Of a stretch of DNA of 64,000 nucleotides, positions 12,250 through 25,270 are shown piece by piece; positions within the stretch are counted from its first letter, which is position 1, and the number at the start of each line of letters is the position of its first letter. The stretch covers positions 80,497,297 to 80,561,296 of the forward strand of contig JASCQW010000098.1 in assembly GCA_030264375.1 (NCBI GenBank), in the 5' to 3' direction. Both the position numbers and the translations under genes were made by a program. The notes beneath the pieces are model-generated. The model worked only from the letters and a program-made list of their open reading frames with translations, was not told the origin of the DNA and did not search any database. This DNA comes from Carcharhinus longimanus (Eukaryota).

Positions 12250-13910
12250 TCAGGAGTTGAGGGAGAGCAGGACCAGTGAAAAGCCAAGAGGGCAGCAAGA
12301 GAAGGGCCAGTGAAAGGCCCAGGAGTTCACAAGAATGCAGTGAAAAGTCAGGAGATCCATGGGCATAGCACGTTTGTAGGTATGATCATGCCACAGCATA
12401 AGAATATGCAGGAAGAGAAGGAATGGGTGAAACCAGACAATCAAAAAGGAATAGGCAGGTAGTCCAGGAGTTCTATGAGTGTATCCCACTTGCAACAATG
12501 ATTCAGTCCTGAAAACTGACGAGAGTGATGGTTCTTCTGGGGAGTGCAACCTGAGCCAAGTCCATGGCATCACAAGTGGCTCAGCTGTATAGGGGAGGTA
12601 CAAGGAAGACTGGAAGAACAATAGCAATAGGTGTTTCAATAGTTAGACAGATAGCTAGGTGTTTCTGCAGCTGAAGATGTGAAACCAGGGTGTTGAGTTG
12701 CCAGACAGCTGTAAAGTATCCTGAGGAGGAAGGGTGAACAGCCAATAGTAGTGGTCCATGTTGGTATGAACAACAGAGGCCAAAAGAGGACTGTGGTCCT
12801 GCAGTTAGAATTTAGAGAGTTAGATTCATCCAACCAGTGGCTAAGGTCTGGGATGCACTGCCTGAAAATATGGTGGAGGAAGATTCAACTGAAGCAATCA
12901 AAGGGAATTAGACTGTTATCTGAAAAAGAAGAAAATGGAAAAGACAGGAGAATGGCACCAAGTTCATTTGGAGAAGCAGTTCAGACATGTTGAGACAAAT
13001 AGGCTTCTTCTATGCTGTACCAAAACATAGGAAATGGGGATGGTGCAAGCCCAGCATGTCCCTGCAGGTTAATAGGTAGGAATAACAAGCCCAGAGAACA
13101 ATGGATGACCAGAGATATTCAGGATACAATGAGAAGGAAAAGAAAGACTTTTAAAAAGTACAAAGGGAGCAAATCAGTGCAGGCATTAGTGAAGTATAGT
13201 GGAACAGGGTGGAGCTTAGGAATGCAAAGATGGGATATAAAAAAGCCTTGGCTGATAAAAGTAGGGAAAATCCCAAGATATCCTATAAATATATCAATGG
13301 CAAGAGAATAACCAGGGAAAGAGTAGGGCCCTTTAGGGACCAAGGAGGCAATCTGTGGGTAGAATCAGAAGACACTGGTAGAGCATTGAACGATTACTTC
13401 ACATCTGTCTTCTCCCAAGCAAATGAGGGCAATGGAATTCAGAGAGAGAGACCATGAAGTTCTTGAGCAAATTGACATTAAAAAAAGAGGACAAGGTATT
13501 GACAGCCCTAAATATGGAGAAGACTCCAGGTCCAGATGAATTGTGCTCTCAGCTACTATGGGAGGCAAGGGAGAAGAATGCAGGGGCTCTGACCCAAATT
13601 TTTAATTCCTCTCTGGCTACAGGGGCGGTTCCAGATGACCGGAGAACAACTAATGTGGTTCCACTATTTAAGGGTTGTAGAGATAAACCACGGAACTAGA
13701 GACTAATGAGTCTCACATCAGTGGTAGGAAAATGACGAGAAACTTCTGAAGGAGAGCATCTATCTCCATTTGGAGAGGTAAAGCTTGATTCAGGGATAGT
13801 TAGCATGGCTTTGTAAGAGGAAGGTCATGCCTAACAAATTTGATTGGATTTTTTGAGGAGGTGACTGGGTGTGTAGACGAGGGTAGTGCAGTGAATGTAG
13901 TTTATATGGG
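12250..13910 (+). mobile_element. Internally deleted CR1 LINE (ORF1 esterase + ORF2 remnants)
   Basis: VVVHVGMNNRG (SGNH esterase-like ORF1), ENPKISYKYINGKR, KTPGPDEL, NVVPLFK, HGFVRGRSCLTNL. Confidence 0.85.
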
Positions 13911-14030
13911 GGATTAGCAGGGTAAATACTTGGGGTTATGCGGATGGGGCCTGGGTGGGATGCTCTGTCAGAGTCAGTGCAGATTCAGTGGGCCAAATGG
14001 CCTCCTTCTGCACTGTAGCGATTCTATGAT
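13908..14030 (+). mobile_element. V-SINE 3' tail fragment
   Basis: gggcctgggtgggatgctct...ggccaaatggcctccttctgcactgtag-gattctatg, same tail type as 22600-22690 and 36000-36090. Confidence 0.65.
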
Positions 14031-14919
14031 TGTTTACAGCATGGCTTCACTCGTTGAAGTCACATTTTTTACATGGGCCATTCCCCTAGAATGAAGTACT
14101 GGGGTGCGCTAACTAACTTGGCATTCAGTGCTCTCCTGGTGTAGAAGCAGCATACTACGGAAGTTTTCAACTGCTGTGCCTTGAGAACTGTCCCAGTATG
14201 CCATGAAATTTTGTACAAAGATATAAAATGTCCACATTGAAACTGGCAGTTCTGCTGGAGAAGAAGTTCCGGGTCTGGGTGTCAGGTTGGGAGTCTTTCA
14301 GATCCCAAGAGTTTCCCTTATTGTTTGAACACTCTGATTAAATTATCCCTCATCCTTCTTAACTCCAGGGAATACAAGTTTGTGTAATCCCTTTACAACT
14401 TAACCCTCAGGGTGAGATTTTTCCAGATATTGAATTGGACACCATTTTTAAAGGCATCTCCAGCACTCAGCAACCAAACCAGTTAACTTTGGAACCCCAC
14501 TGGCATTTGCTCTCCCCCCACCATCTGCTCGGGAACCCCAAGTCAAGGCCAGACAGTACTCAGGCATCACTGTCCCCCAAGCACTGCACTCACATGAGCT
14601 CCTCTGGGAGGTCTGCTTACCAAGTGCACATCTTCAGAGACCATTTGGACTTCATGCTGTTATTTCACCATAGATAGATTTTTTGATGGGGGAATGATTC
14701 CGGTGTACAGGCCTGATAGTTACATGATAATTTATTCAAATGTGGTTCCTGACCTTGAATGTCAGAAAATGCACCTGTCACTGATTGAGGTGGGGGGATG
14801 GTGGGGATAGGGACAATCACATTATGTGTTTATGCTGTTGTAAAACCCGACTTTGCACTTACTTTTTACTTCCATTCTCAAACTTGCCCAATGCACTAAG
14901 ATCTGGCTTTTAGAGTATA

Positions 14920-16070
14920 GGTTTAATTCTGGTAAATCTATGCTGCACTAACTCCAAGGCAAATATATTTTTACCAAGCTATGGTTCCCAGAACCAATCA
15001 TGGTACTCTAGATGTGATCTAACCAAGTCTTTGCACAGCTGATGTGTAATTTTTATGTCCTTTAGTTATAAAGGCCAGTATTTCATTAGCTTTTGATTAT
15101 TTAAATGATCTGTGTATACGGTTCCCAAGTGATTTTGGACCTCTACTTTTCCAGCATTTCACCAATTAGGCAGCCCTCCGATTTATCGTTTTTAGGTCCA
15201 GTGTGGATGACTCCCTCCCTCCCCCCACAATTGCCTACATTGAAATCCATTTGCCACAGTTTTGTCCATTCATTTAATCTATTAATATCTTGTAATTTCA
15301 TCCTTCTATCTACGTTGCATAATTTTGTGTTAACAGCAAACTTGGATATATGGTTTTTCTTTCCCATCAATTAATTTGTTAATAAATGCAACAAATAGTT
15401 GAAATCCTTGAGATAGCATTAGTCATTATCCTGCCTATTAGAGTATTTGCCCCTTATTCCTACTCAGTTTCCTGCCACTGCATGGTTTTCTAACCATGTA
15501 AATAATTTGCCTTCAATTCCATGAGCTTAATTTTGGCTGCATCTTAAAGAAATACTTTATCAAATGTTTTCTAGAAGTATCCTATTCATTATTTTAGTCA
15601 CCTTTTCAATAAAAATTAATGGATTTTTCAAGCACTGCCTAGTCTTCACAAATTCATTCTATATCTTTGATCAGTTTATAGTTCTCACCATGTTCACTCT
15701 GTCCTCAGTTCTACTCTTGTAATACCCCGACGACAGATATTAGGCAAGCTGGACTGTAATTCCTATTTCCCTCTCTCAACCTTCTTAGTTGAGTGATGTT
15801 CTAATATCTTAAAGTATGGTTTTAGAATTAAGAGAACTTTGGAAGATTGTAGTAAGGATGACTGCGATATTTTCACCTACTTCTTTTAAATTCTATTCCA
15901 GGAATAGCAACCACCTTATCCAGGAGTTTTGTCACTCTATAGTGCTATTAATGTCTTTATTTCCATTGTTCCTCCTCCATCAGTTTCCATGAGTCTTTGT
16001 CTCTAATTCGATATTAGTTATCTTGGGGTCACCAATTTGCTATCCTCTCCCTTTATTCTAAATAGATGTT
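14920..16070 (-). mobile_element. Degenerate CR1 LINE ORF2
   Basis: Minus-strand ISKFAVNTKL...LQDINRLNEWTKLWQMDFNVG (decayed FADDTK motif). Confidence 0.75.
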
Positions 16071-16074
16071 TTTG

Positions 16075-16697
16075 ATTTATTATTGTCTCATGTATGAGTA
16101 TATATGAGTGAAAAGTAATTCTTCTTGCGCACTTTGCAGACTAGAAAAGTATACCATACATAAAGGAAAGGAGGGTGCAGAATGTGTTAATCATAGTTAG
16201 GGTGGAACAAAAGATCAACTTAATATGAGGTAGGTTCATTCGAAAGGCTGACGGCAGCAGGGAAGAAGTTGTTCTTGAATCGGTTGGTACGTGACCTCAG
16301 ACTTTTATATCTTTTTCCTAATGGAAGAAGGTGGAAGAGTATGTCCGGGGTGCATGAGGTCGGTGATTATGTTGGTTGCTTTTCCGAGGCAGCAGGAAGC
16401 ATAGACAGTCAATGGATGGGAAGCTGGTTTGCATGATAGACTGGGCTTCATTCACGACCTTTTATAGTTTCTTGTAGCCTTGGACAGAGCAGCAGTCATA
16501 ACAAGTTGTGCAACAACAAGAAAGGATGCTTTCTATGTCGCATCTGTAAAAGTTGGATCCAGTCATACCAGACATGCCAAATTTCCTTAGCTTCCTGAGA
16601 AAGTAGAGGTGTTGGTGGGTTTTCTCAACTATAATGTCAACGTGAAGGGACCAGGACAGGTTGTTGGTGACCTGGACACCTAGAAACCTGAAGTTCT
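16075..16697 (-). mobile_element. Rex1/Babar LINE 3' fragment
   Basis: Minus strand FRFLGVQVTNNLSWSLHVDIIVEKTHQHLYFLRKLRKFGMS, typical Rex1 RT C-terminus. Confidence 0.8.
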
Positions 16698-16825
16698 AGT
16701 TGTTATTCAACATGTTTGCTATTTCTTTTATAGTATCGCCAATATCCACTTTCAAAGGGATTGTAGAGAATTATGGAAAATATAACTATAATTTTTTTGT
16801 TGCTTCTGTTTTATAACTTCTTTTT

Positions 16826-17130
16826 CCCTTTATCCATTCTTGGGATGTGGCTGTCACTGGCTCAGCCAGCATTTATTGCCCATCCCTGAATGGCCTATGT
16901 CAGGGGCCATTTAAGAGTCAACCACATTGCTGTAGACCTGGAGTCACATATAGGCCAAACCGGGGAAGGATGGCAGATTTTCTTCCCTGAATGACATTAG
17001 TGAACCAGTTGGGTTTTCATGACAATCAACAATGGTTTCATAGTCATCATTAGACTTTTAGTTCCAGATTCTTATTAAATTCAAATTTCACCATCTGCCA
17101 TGGTGGGATTCAAATCCACATCCCCAAAGT
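16826..17130 (-). mobile_element. tRNA-derived shark SINE
   Basis: Reverse complement has B-box-like gaatcccacc and tail ggcaataaatgctggc...cacatccca; same family as 62050-62380. Confidence 0.75.
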
Positions 17131-17361
17131 GGGATGCATCCGCCCCGTCCCCCTTCCTGCCTGAGATAGGAAAAAGTGTAAATGTAATTTTCCCACCCTA
17201 CCTGCATCTGCCCCTGCCAGCCTAAAAATTTCAGTTGAGCAGAATAAAACCCTTAAGTGGCTTAATAGTAAATGGATGGGTTTCCCACCTGCGGTTTCCT
17301 GGGGGAGTACTGTCTTTCAGTTTTACTCCCCCTGCCTTAGGGGCAGTGTAAAATTCTGCCC

Positions 17362-18720
17362 CAGGCATTAGCCTGGTAAACCTTCCCTGAACTGCTTCTA
17401 ATACATTTATGTTCTTCCTTAAATAAAGGTGACTAATAGGTACACAAACTCCAGATGTGGCCTCACTTGCCCCTATACAATTGAAGAGTAACATCAACTT
17501 TTATATTCAATTTCCCTCACAATAAATTATAATTCTATTACCTGTACAGTCATCTTTTGTAATTCATGCATTAGGAGATCCAATTCCCTTTGCACCTTCG
17601 AGCTCTGCAATCTGTCACCACTTGGATAAAATATTTTTTATTCTTCCTTCCAAAATGGATGTTTTTCCACATTATATCCCATTTGCCAGATCTCTACCTA
17701 CTCACTTAACCTATCTATGACCTTCTGTAGCCTCCCTATGACCGCTTCACAACTTACTTTCCTATCAATCGTTGTGTCATTTGCAAATTTGATACCACCC
17801 TTCATCCAAGTAAGTTATATAAAATGGGAAACAGTCGAGGTTCCAGCATTGATCCTAATGCACGCTACTTTGTTATATCACGTCAATCTGAAAAAGACCC
17901 ATATTTGCCTACTTTCTGCTTCTCTTAAGAGGCCAATCTTCTATCTATGCAAATATGTTACTCCCTATAACTTGAGCTTTTATTTTCTGCAGTAACCTTT
18001 GATGTGATACTTTGCTGTTGGAAATTTAAGTACAGTGGTTTCACTTTATCCACAGCGTCAAGGAACTACCACAAGTTAGTTAAACATGATTTCCCTTTCA
18101 CATAACCACATTGACCCTTCCTGATTACTTACTGAACTTATTTTTAATAGCTTCGAACATTTTCCCTACGACAGTTGTTAAGCTAGCCGATATATGGTTC
18201 TCCGCTTTCTGGCTCCCTCTATTTTTGAATAATGGAGGTACATTTGCTATGTTCCAATCTAATGGGACCTTCTCCAAATCTAAGGAGTTTCAGAAAATTA
18301 AAACCAATGCATCAACTAGACATTTATTTTAAGACCACAAGATGAAGTCCATCAGGACCCAAGCTCTTGTCAGCCGGCAGCTCCAGAAAGAGAGGGCTGC
18401 ACTGAAGTCAACTTTACCTCCATCTAGAATCTTACTGGCTGTTTTTAATTTCTCTTTCAAACACTATGCCGAACTTGATCATATTATGATTGCTATTAAG
18501 TAAATGTCTGTGCTCTGTTGGGCTGTTAACAAAACCTGGCTCGGTACTCATTATTGAATCTAATATGGCTTGCCCCCTTGTTGGTTCTCGGATATATTAA
18601 TGGAGAAATTATCTTGAAGACACTGAAGAATTCTTTCTGACATGAGCTGCTCATTTATTGCAGTCTGTATGAAAGTTAAAATTTGCCATTAAAACTTCTG
18701 TCCTTGCTACACTTTTTTGA
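17362..18720 (-). mobile_element. Degenerate CR1 LINE ORF2
   Basis: YLRKNINVLEAVQGRFTRLMPG; GPDGLHL..LK remnants on minus strand. Confidence 0.75.
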
Positions 18721-20729
18721 TCATTGCGCATTGCATCAGTTCACAGCTGCTAACAGGGGACCTATACAAAACTCTCCCTGCAGTCCTCTCCTCCCCCCAC
18801 CTCAGAGTAATTTCTGCCCAGTATAATAAAAGGTAAGCAGGCAGTAGAGGCTTGATGGCCAGAATTAAGAAATAGTAAAGGGCTTAAGGCCGCAGTCAGA
18901 GATTTTTGGAGGGGGTCTCACCCCGGTAATTGGAGAGCTAGTGGCAGCCCCATGTTGCTTTTCCTGTGGTCCCAATGCAATTTGTGAAATCTGATATTTA
19001 CCTAGCCAGCAGTATGCCTCCCACATGATTACTATCTCAGAAGGGTGCAGATCCCATCTGAGTGTTACTGGCCAGAGTTCAGCAGCTTTTGATTGCTGGC
19101 AGCACCACCAGCAGGAGCAGTGCCTATAACCAATAATGCTCTGAGGCCTTCACCAGGGACCGTCACTGAATCCTGGAGATTGGAAAGTGGGGTGGGATGG
19201 GGGTCACAGGGAGAAGATTGCCAGTGAAGTGGGGAGGTGGGCTCAGAAGCAAGGGTAGGGGAGTGAATTTCAGCACCTATTCCCACTTTCCATAGCCAGA
19301 TCCCTTAATCAGGCATTCTCACGCTAGAAGGCCACTGGTAAATTTAGCAGGGGGTGGTCCTCGCCCAGTTCAGTTGCAATCTTCTCCATGGTACAATTTC
19401 ATCCTGATCCAGTGCTGGTGCCTGTGTCCTATGAAATAGCACCCGTTTTCCACACTGCTGTTTCAGCCACATGATCTGCATATCCCTATGCCAATTTGCA
19501 CGTGGCTTGGATAATAATCAGATTAAAAACACTTGAGGTCCTGTTCTTTCATTTGGCTCCTAGTTCCTGATACTTTAAGCATGACCTCTTGTCTAATCTT
19601 CCCTATATTGTTGGTTCCAATACAGCAGAACAACTGGATCCTTCCCATCCCTCTTCAATATCTTTTAGCCTGTTCATGATATCTCTCAACCTGGCACAAG
19701 ATAAGCAGCAAATCATGTGTGACTCTTGATCCTAAAGACAAAAGATGCCATCTGTCTCCAAATTATTAAATCCCCTACACATTATGCTTCACCTCCTCCT
19801 ATTCCTAACCCTCCAACTCCATTTGGATAACCTCCTGTGCCATGATACCATGGACAGCATTCTGGTTGATATTCATCAGTTATTAAACAAATGAGTAGAT
19901 AACAAGCATTTAGCCTGTTGAATGGGATCAGTTTCTGCAGATCCTTGCTCTCTATCTTACCTAGGTTCCAGAAAGATTTGAAATAGAGGCAAAACTACAG
20001 ATCTATTAGTCTCACTCTCCACAGACTCCTATGCACTACAGCCCAGGCACAGGACATAATCTGCCACATCTTGATCTATTTTATTTATGCCTACATGTTG
20101 TAAGATTCTTTGACATAACTTGGAATAAGCATTTACACACTGAATTCAATCGAACAGTATTTGGGCAGATTTTACAATGGACAAAGGAACCCTAGCTTAC
20201 CATTCAGGTAGTGAAGTTAAAAATGAGCACATGAACATTAATGTAACTCCTCCCTCAAATATTATATATATATATTGCTCGTGCAGTTTTATATTCTCAA
20301 TTCTTATTCATATGCCACTGAAATGCTGTCATATGCTTTTTTATTGACATTTGAAAAGGCGTATTTACATTTTGAAAATATTTTTGCATTTATATTGACT
20401 TCTATGAAATCATAAGAAATAACAACAGCAGTAGGCCATTTGGTACATCAAGCCTGTTCCACCTTTCGATAAGATCTGATTTTACCTTCTGGCTCTGCCC
20501 CCCGCCCCCCCCCACCAACCCCCACCAAACACCCTTGACTCCAGCGTCAAAGAATTCTGCCTAATTCAGCCTTGAATATATTCAGTGACCTAGCTTCCAC
20601 TGCTTTTTGTGGAAGAGAATTCCAGAGACTGGCGACACTCAATGAAATGCTTTCTTAAAGGAAAGACTGCTTACTTTTAAACTATGTTCCCTAGTTCTAG
20701 ATTACTTTAGAAAGGGAAACCAAGATAAT

Positions 20730-21620
20730 GGGGGAACGATCTTACCATCACGCCCTGTCAGCTGATAGGTGGGGTGGGCCAGTAAATTGTGAGAAATCAG
20801 GTTTGCGCTCAATTTCTCGCCTCTTGCGATCTTACTAGCACTGGATTTCTGGCACGATCAGCCTTACGCCCATTCCCAGCACGAGGCTGAGTAAATTATT
20901 TAAATTTAATTTAATATCATTTAAATGTGATTAGTGAGCCCTGGACAGAATTGTCCAGACTCACTTGCCTGTGTGGCTTCACCGGAGGAGNNNNNNNNNN
21001 NNNNNNNNNNNNNNNNNNNNNNNNNNNNNNNNNNNNNNNNNNNNNNNNNNNNNNNNNNNNNNNNNGAGGGTGCCAGCCTGGCACTGCTCAGTTACTGGAG
21101 GGGGGGATGGGTGGGGGGAGGTGCGGGTGCGGGTGGTGGCGCCGCGCAGAGCAGGAATGGGTCGGTCAGAAGCAGGGGACAGGGGGAACCGCTGCGCACT
21201 CTTCATAGTGATCAGTTTGGGGGGTGGTGGTGTGGTGTGGGAGCAGGAAGACCAGAGGGGTAGTGATCAGTCTGGCGGGGGGGTGGTGGTTGGTATCATT
21301 GACAGCTGCAAGGCCCCTCGGTAGTAGGGTATCGTGTTTAGAGGCCTGCCAGCTGTATCTAGCAGAGGCTGTGTGACAAGTTTCTATTCTGTCAGAGCAG
21401 AGACTTGCACATGCGCAATTGCACCCTCTGCTGCTATCAGCCATCTTTCAGGTGATCTAGGTCGCACCCATTCCCCCTACTGGCGAGAAATGGATTTTGG
21501 GATTTTTTTTCATGCAGAAAGCATAAGATTTGACATTTGGACTCGTTGAAAAAGATAGATCCGAAACACTTACATTTTCACTCTCATTCTGGACTTAATA
21601 TTTTTCATAAGATCACCCCC
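20730..21620. mobile_element. Non-autonomous PIF/Harbinger element inserted in a CR1 3' fragment
   Basis: TIRs ggggg..gatctta / taagatcaccccc; TSD AAT at 20727-20729 and 21621-21623; CR1 (20410-22180, minus strand) is collinear across it. Confidence 0.8.
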
Positions 21621-22214
21621 AATATCTATCCTGCCGAGGCCCTCAGAATCTAACTTATTTCAAACATCTGTAGCAAGACTTCCTACTTTTATACTTAATT
21701 TCCCTTTACAATAAAGGCTAACTTCATTGTATTTACTTTCTTAATTACTTGCTGTACTTGAATGCCAACTTTTTGTCTTTCAATTTGTCCTTCAGGATAT
21801 ACAAATTCCTCTGTACTGCTGCTTTCTTTTTATTCATTCATGGAATGTGGGCCTCGCAGTCTGGGCCAGCATTTATTGCCTATTCCTCAGTGGTTTGCAA
21901 GGCTATTTCATAATCTATCTATATCACTTATTAACTTACTTTCCTACTGATCTTTCTATCATCAGTAAATTTGGCTACAGTACAGTCTACTTCAAATCCA
22001 AGTCATATAACAAGATTATAAAAATATTGGAGGTCCCAGCACTGATCCCTGCAGCAGCCTGCTAGTTGCAGTTTGTCAACTTGAAAATTACCCATTTATC
22101 CCAACACTGTTTCCTGTTTGTTAACCAGTCATCTAGCTATGCTAAAATATCATCACCAACATCATGAACAGTAAACTTTAATGCTGATTGTCTGATGAGG
22201 AAAAGTTGGACAGG

Positions 22215-22692
22215 AGCGGCATGGTTGGAGTGTGGCAGAGGAGTTAGCATGGCTGCCTCACTGCGTCAAGGACCCTGGTTTGATTCCAGCCTAGGGTGAC
22301 TGTCTGTGAAGGTTGCATGTTTTATTCTGTCTGCATGAGTTTCCTCTGGGTGCTCCAGTTTCCTCCCACAGTCCAAAGATGTGCAGGTTAGGTGGATTCA
22401 NNNNNNNNNNNNNNNNNNNNNNNNNNNNNNNNNNNNNNNNNNNNNNNNNNNNNNNNNNNNNNNNNNNNNNNNNNNNNNNNNNNNNNNNNNNNNNNNNNNN
22501 ATGAGTTTCCTCTGGGTGCTCCAGTTTCCTCCCACAGTCCAAAGATGTGCAGGTTAGGTGGATTCACCATGGAAAATCGTGGCCTTATGGGAATTTGGGG
22601 GTTAGATCTGGGCGAGATGCTCTTTTGGAGAGTTGGTGCAGACTTGATGGGCCAGATAGCCGCCTTCTGCAATGAGGGATTCTGTGGTTCTA
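22215..22692 (+). mobile_element. V-SINE (full length, spans false gap)
   Basis: A/B-box-like head tggcagaggagttagc...ggtttgattcc; V-domain tttcctctgggtgctccagtttcctcccacagtccaaag. Confidence 0.85.
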
Positions 22693-22756
22693 CACCAAGG
22701 CCTGTATCCATTGAGAGTTTAGAAGTGTAAGAAGCAACTTGATTGAAGCATGTAGC

Positions 22757-23440
22757 ATGGGATTTTACTGCCACTTTACCGTGGGAAAATACCTCAATTG
22801 GGTGTAAAGCAGTTGGAGTGAATGGCGCCGGCTTTCACGACTGGCAGAATGTTACAGCAGTTGGATTTCTGGTGCGGACAGCCTCTCACCAGAAATGGGA
22901 GAGAGGCTGGTTAATTCCCTTGGTGAGGTAAACACCTTCCCATGAATAGGAAACAGTCATGTTGGTCTTGCTAGTGGAACCAGAGGCCACTGAGCCCCCC
23001 ACCCCGGGGAGGCCAAGGATAAGGTGCAGGTGCCTCTTGGCAGTGGCAGCCTGGCACCTGGGCTGCAATCGGCGGAGGCGGGAAGGGGGGCCACGATTGG
23101 TCTGGATGGCAGAGCTGCATCTCGGGCCACAGGTCCTCAATTGCTGGGTTGGATAGGGAGAGGAGGGGAGCTGCTTGAGACTGCCTGTAGTAGCAGGGGC
23201 CTGACAGCTCTCTCTGTCTGACCCTTGCTACTGCCTTGCCAATGCACATGTGCAGCAATCAGAGGTGTGCATATGCACACTACCTCCTCCTACAGGCCGT
23301 TAGTCCTGCCCACAGCCTCTCTGGCCAGAAACTGACCACTCAAATTTTGCAGACAGACTGCGTGAGATTGGGTGAGTTTTCAGGCCCAAAAAAAAGAACA
23401 GTTTTGGAATTCTCCCGGTTTCACATCCATCCGATAATAC
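22757..23440. mobile_element. MITE-like (Harbinger-type) insertion in + strand CR1
   Basis: Begins gggattttac; GC-rich; CR1 reading ...LIEA resumes at ~23446 with ILKGLNRVNVERIF. Confidence 0.55.
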
Positions 23441-23809
23441 CCTTCCATAATATCCTGAAGGGTCTTAACAGGGTGAATGTGGAAAGGATATTTTTTCATG
23501 TCAAAAAATTTAGAATGGGGAAATCACTGTTTAAAAATGAGGGGTTGCCCATTTAAGACAAAGATGAGAAGAAACCTTTTCTCCCAGAGGAAGATAAGTA
23601 TATGGAACTCTTCCACAAAAGGCAATGAAATCAGAGTCTTTGAATATTTTTAATGCAGAGCTGAACAGGTTTGTGATAAACAAGGGGATAAAAGGTTATT
23701 GGGATAGTCGGGAATATGAAGTTGAGGTTACAATCAGAACAGTCAAGATTGTATTGCGTGGCAGAGCAGGCTTGAATGACCTACTCCTAATTCATATGTT
23801 CACATGTAT

Positions 23810-25270
23810 ATAGCACCTTATCAAATGCCTTTTCAAAATCCAAATACTTTACATCTACTGGTTCCTCTTTATCCACCCTGTTTGTTATATCCTCAGTGAA
23901 CACTAATAAATTTGCAAACACTGTTTCCTTTTCACAAAATCAAGTGCCAGATTGTATTACAATTTTCTAAATGTCCTGCTACCACCTCCACAATAATGGG
24001 TTCTAACATTTTTCCAATTACAGATGCCAGACTTACCAGATCATAGTTTCCTCCTTCCCATCTTCTCTATTTCCTGAATAGAGATACAGTTTACCAATTC
24101 TCAGATCTTTCCAGAATCTAGGGAATTTTGTAAGATTATAACCAGTCATCCACCATCTCTGGAGCCATTTCCTTTCAGACCGTAGGATGCAAGCTGTCAG
24201 GTTCAGGAGACTTGTCAGCCTTTATGCCTATTAGTTGTCATAGTACCTTTTCTCTGTTGATCATGACTGTCATTTAATCCCTCCATGTCTCCTTTTTTTG
24301 GGTATGTTTTTATGTCTTCTACTGTGAAGACAGATAAAAAAGTCTTCAAAGTCTCTAATTTTTTCTTCTTTCCCATTAATCCCAGTCTCAGCCTCTAAGG
24401 TCCTACACTCACTTTGATTACACTGTTCCTTTTTATTTACTTAAAGAAACTTTTAATATCCGTTTCTATATTTTTCTCTAGTTTTTCATACTAGAATTTC
24501 TCCCATACATCCCTAACTTCGTTGATTAGCCACAGATGGTACTTCCATCTTGTAGAGTCTTTCTTTCTCAATGGAATATATCTTTGTTGCAAGCTATGGA
24601 ATATTTCCTTAAATGTCTGCCATTGCTTCTCTACTATCTCACCTTTAAATCTGTTTTCCAAATTCACGAAACTAACTATGCCTTCATGCCCTTGTATTGG
24701 CTTTATGTAAGACACTAGTTTCAGACTCTTGTTTTTCATCCTCAAAATGAATAGTAGATTCAGTCATTTAATGATCACTGTTGGCTAGAGGCTCCTTTAC
24801 TGCGAGGCCGTTTATTAATCCACATGACCAGACTGAAAAGGCCTGTTGTCTAGTTGGTTCCAAAACATATTGTTGTAAGAAATTGTCTGAAATACATTCT
24901 ATGAATTCATTCTCCAGGTTACTTTTGCCAGTTTGATTAATCTAATTTATATGAAACTAAAATTTCCCACAACTCCTGCAACTTTTTTTACAAGCCCCAT
25001 AATTTGTACTCAGTTTTAGTGTATCATCAGGTTGCCTGTAAATTACTAACAGGAGTAATGTTATTTCCTTTGCCTTTTCTTATCTCCATCCAAACCGATG
25101 TGACATTTTGATCCTCTGAACCAAAGTCATTTCTCACTGCTGTGCCGATTTTACCCTTTACTAACAAACCTGCTCCATCTCCTTTTTCTTTCTCCCAAAA
25201 TGTAAATACCCTTAAATATTCAAGTTCAAGCCATGACCACTTTGTACCCATGTCCCTGTAATGGCTATCA
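23810..25270 (-). mobile_element. Degenerate CR1 ORF2 (endonuclease to RT)
   Basis: VEKQWQTFKEIFHSLQQRYIPLRKK; GAGLLVK...SVWMEIR endonuclease motifs. Confidence 0.8.

Larger units (their letters stand above)
8880..14260 (+). mobile_element. Decayed autonomous PIF/Harbinger transposon: + strand transposase, - strand Myb/SANT remnants, several nested insertions
   Basis: Transposase pieces INSLDTSEYHCFRRLSVSHQLIADIYS (~9485-9565), SGSGGHTLPV (9836-9866), AFNFFAPGLFQG (~10797), NCTDMVIKASPDHPGVFVNCKG, CAIFPGSCHD, DNGYPLKARLLT (~11205-11240); Myb-like remnants ~11600-12240 and 14030-14230; outer ends approximate. Confidence 0.75.
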
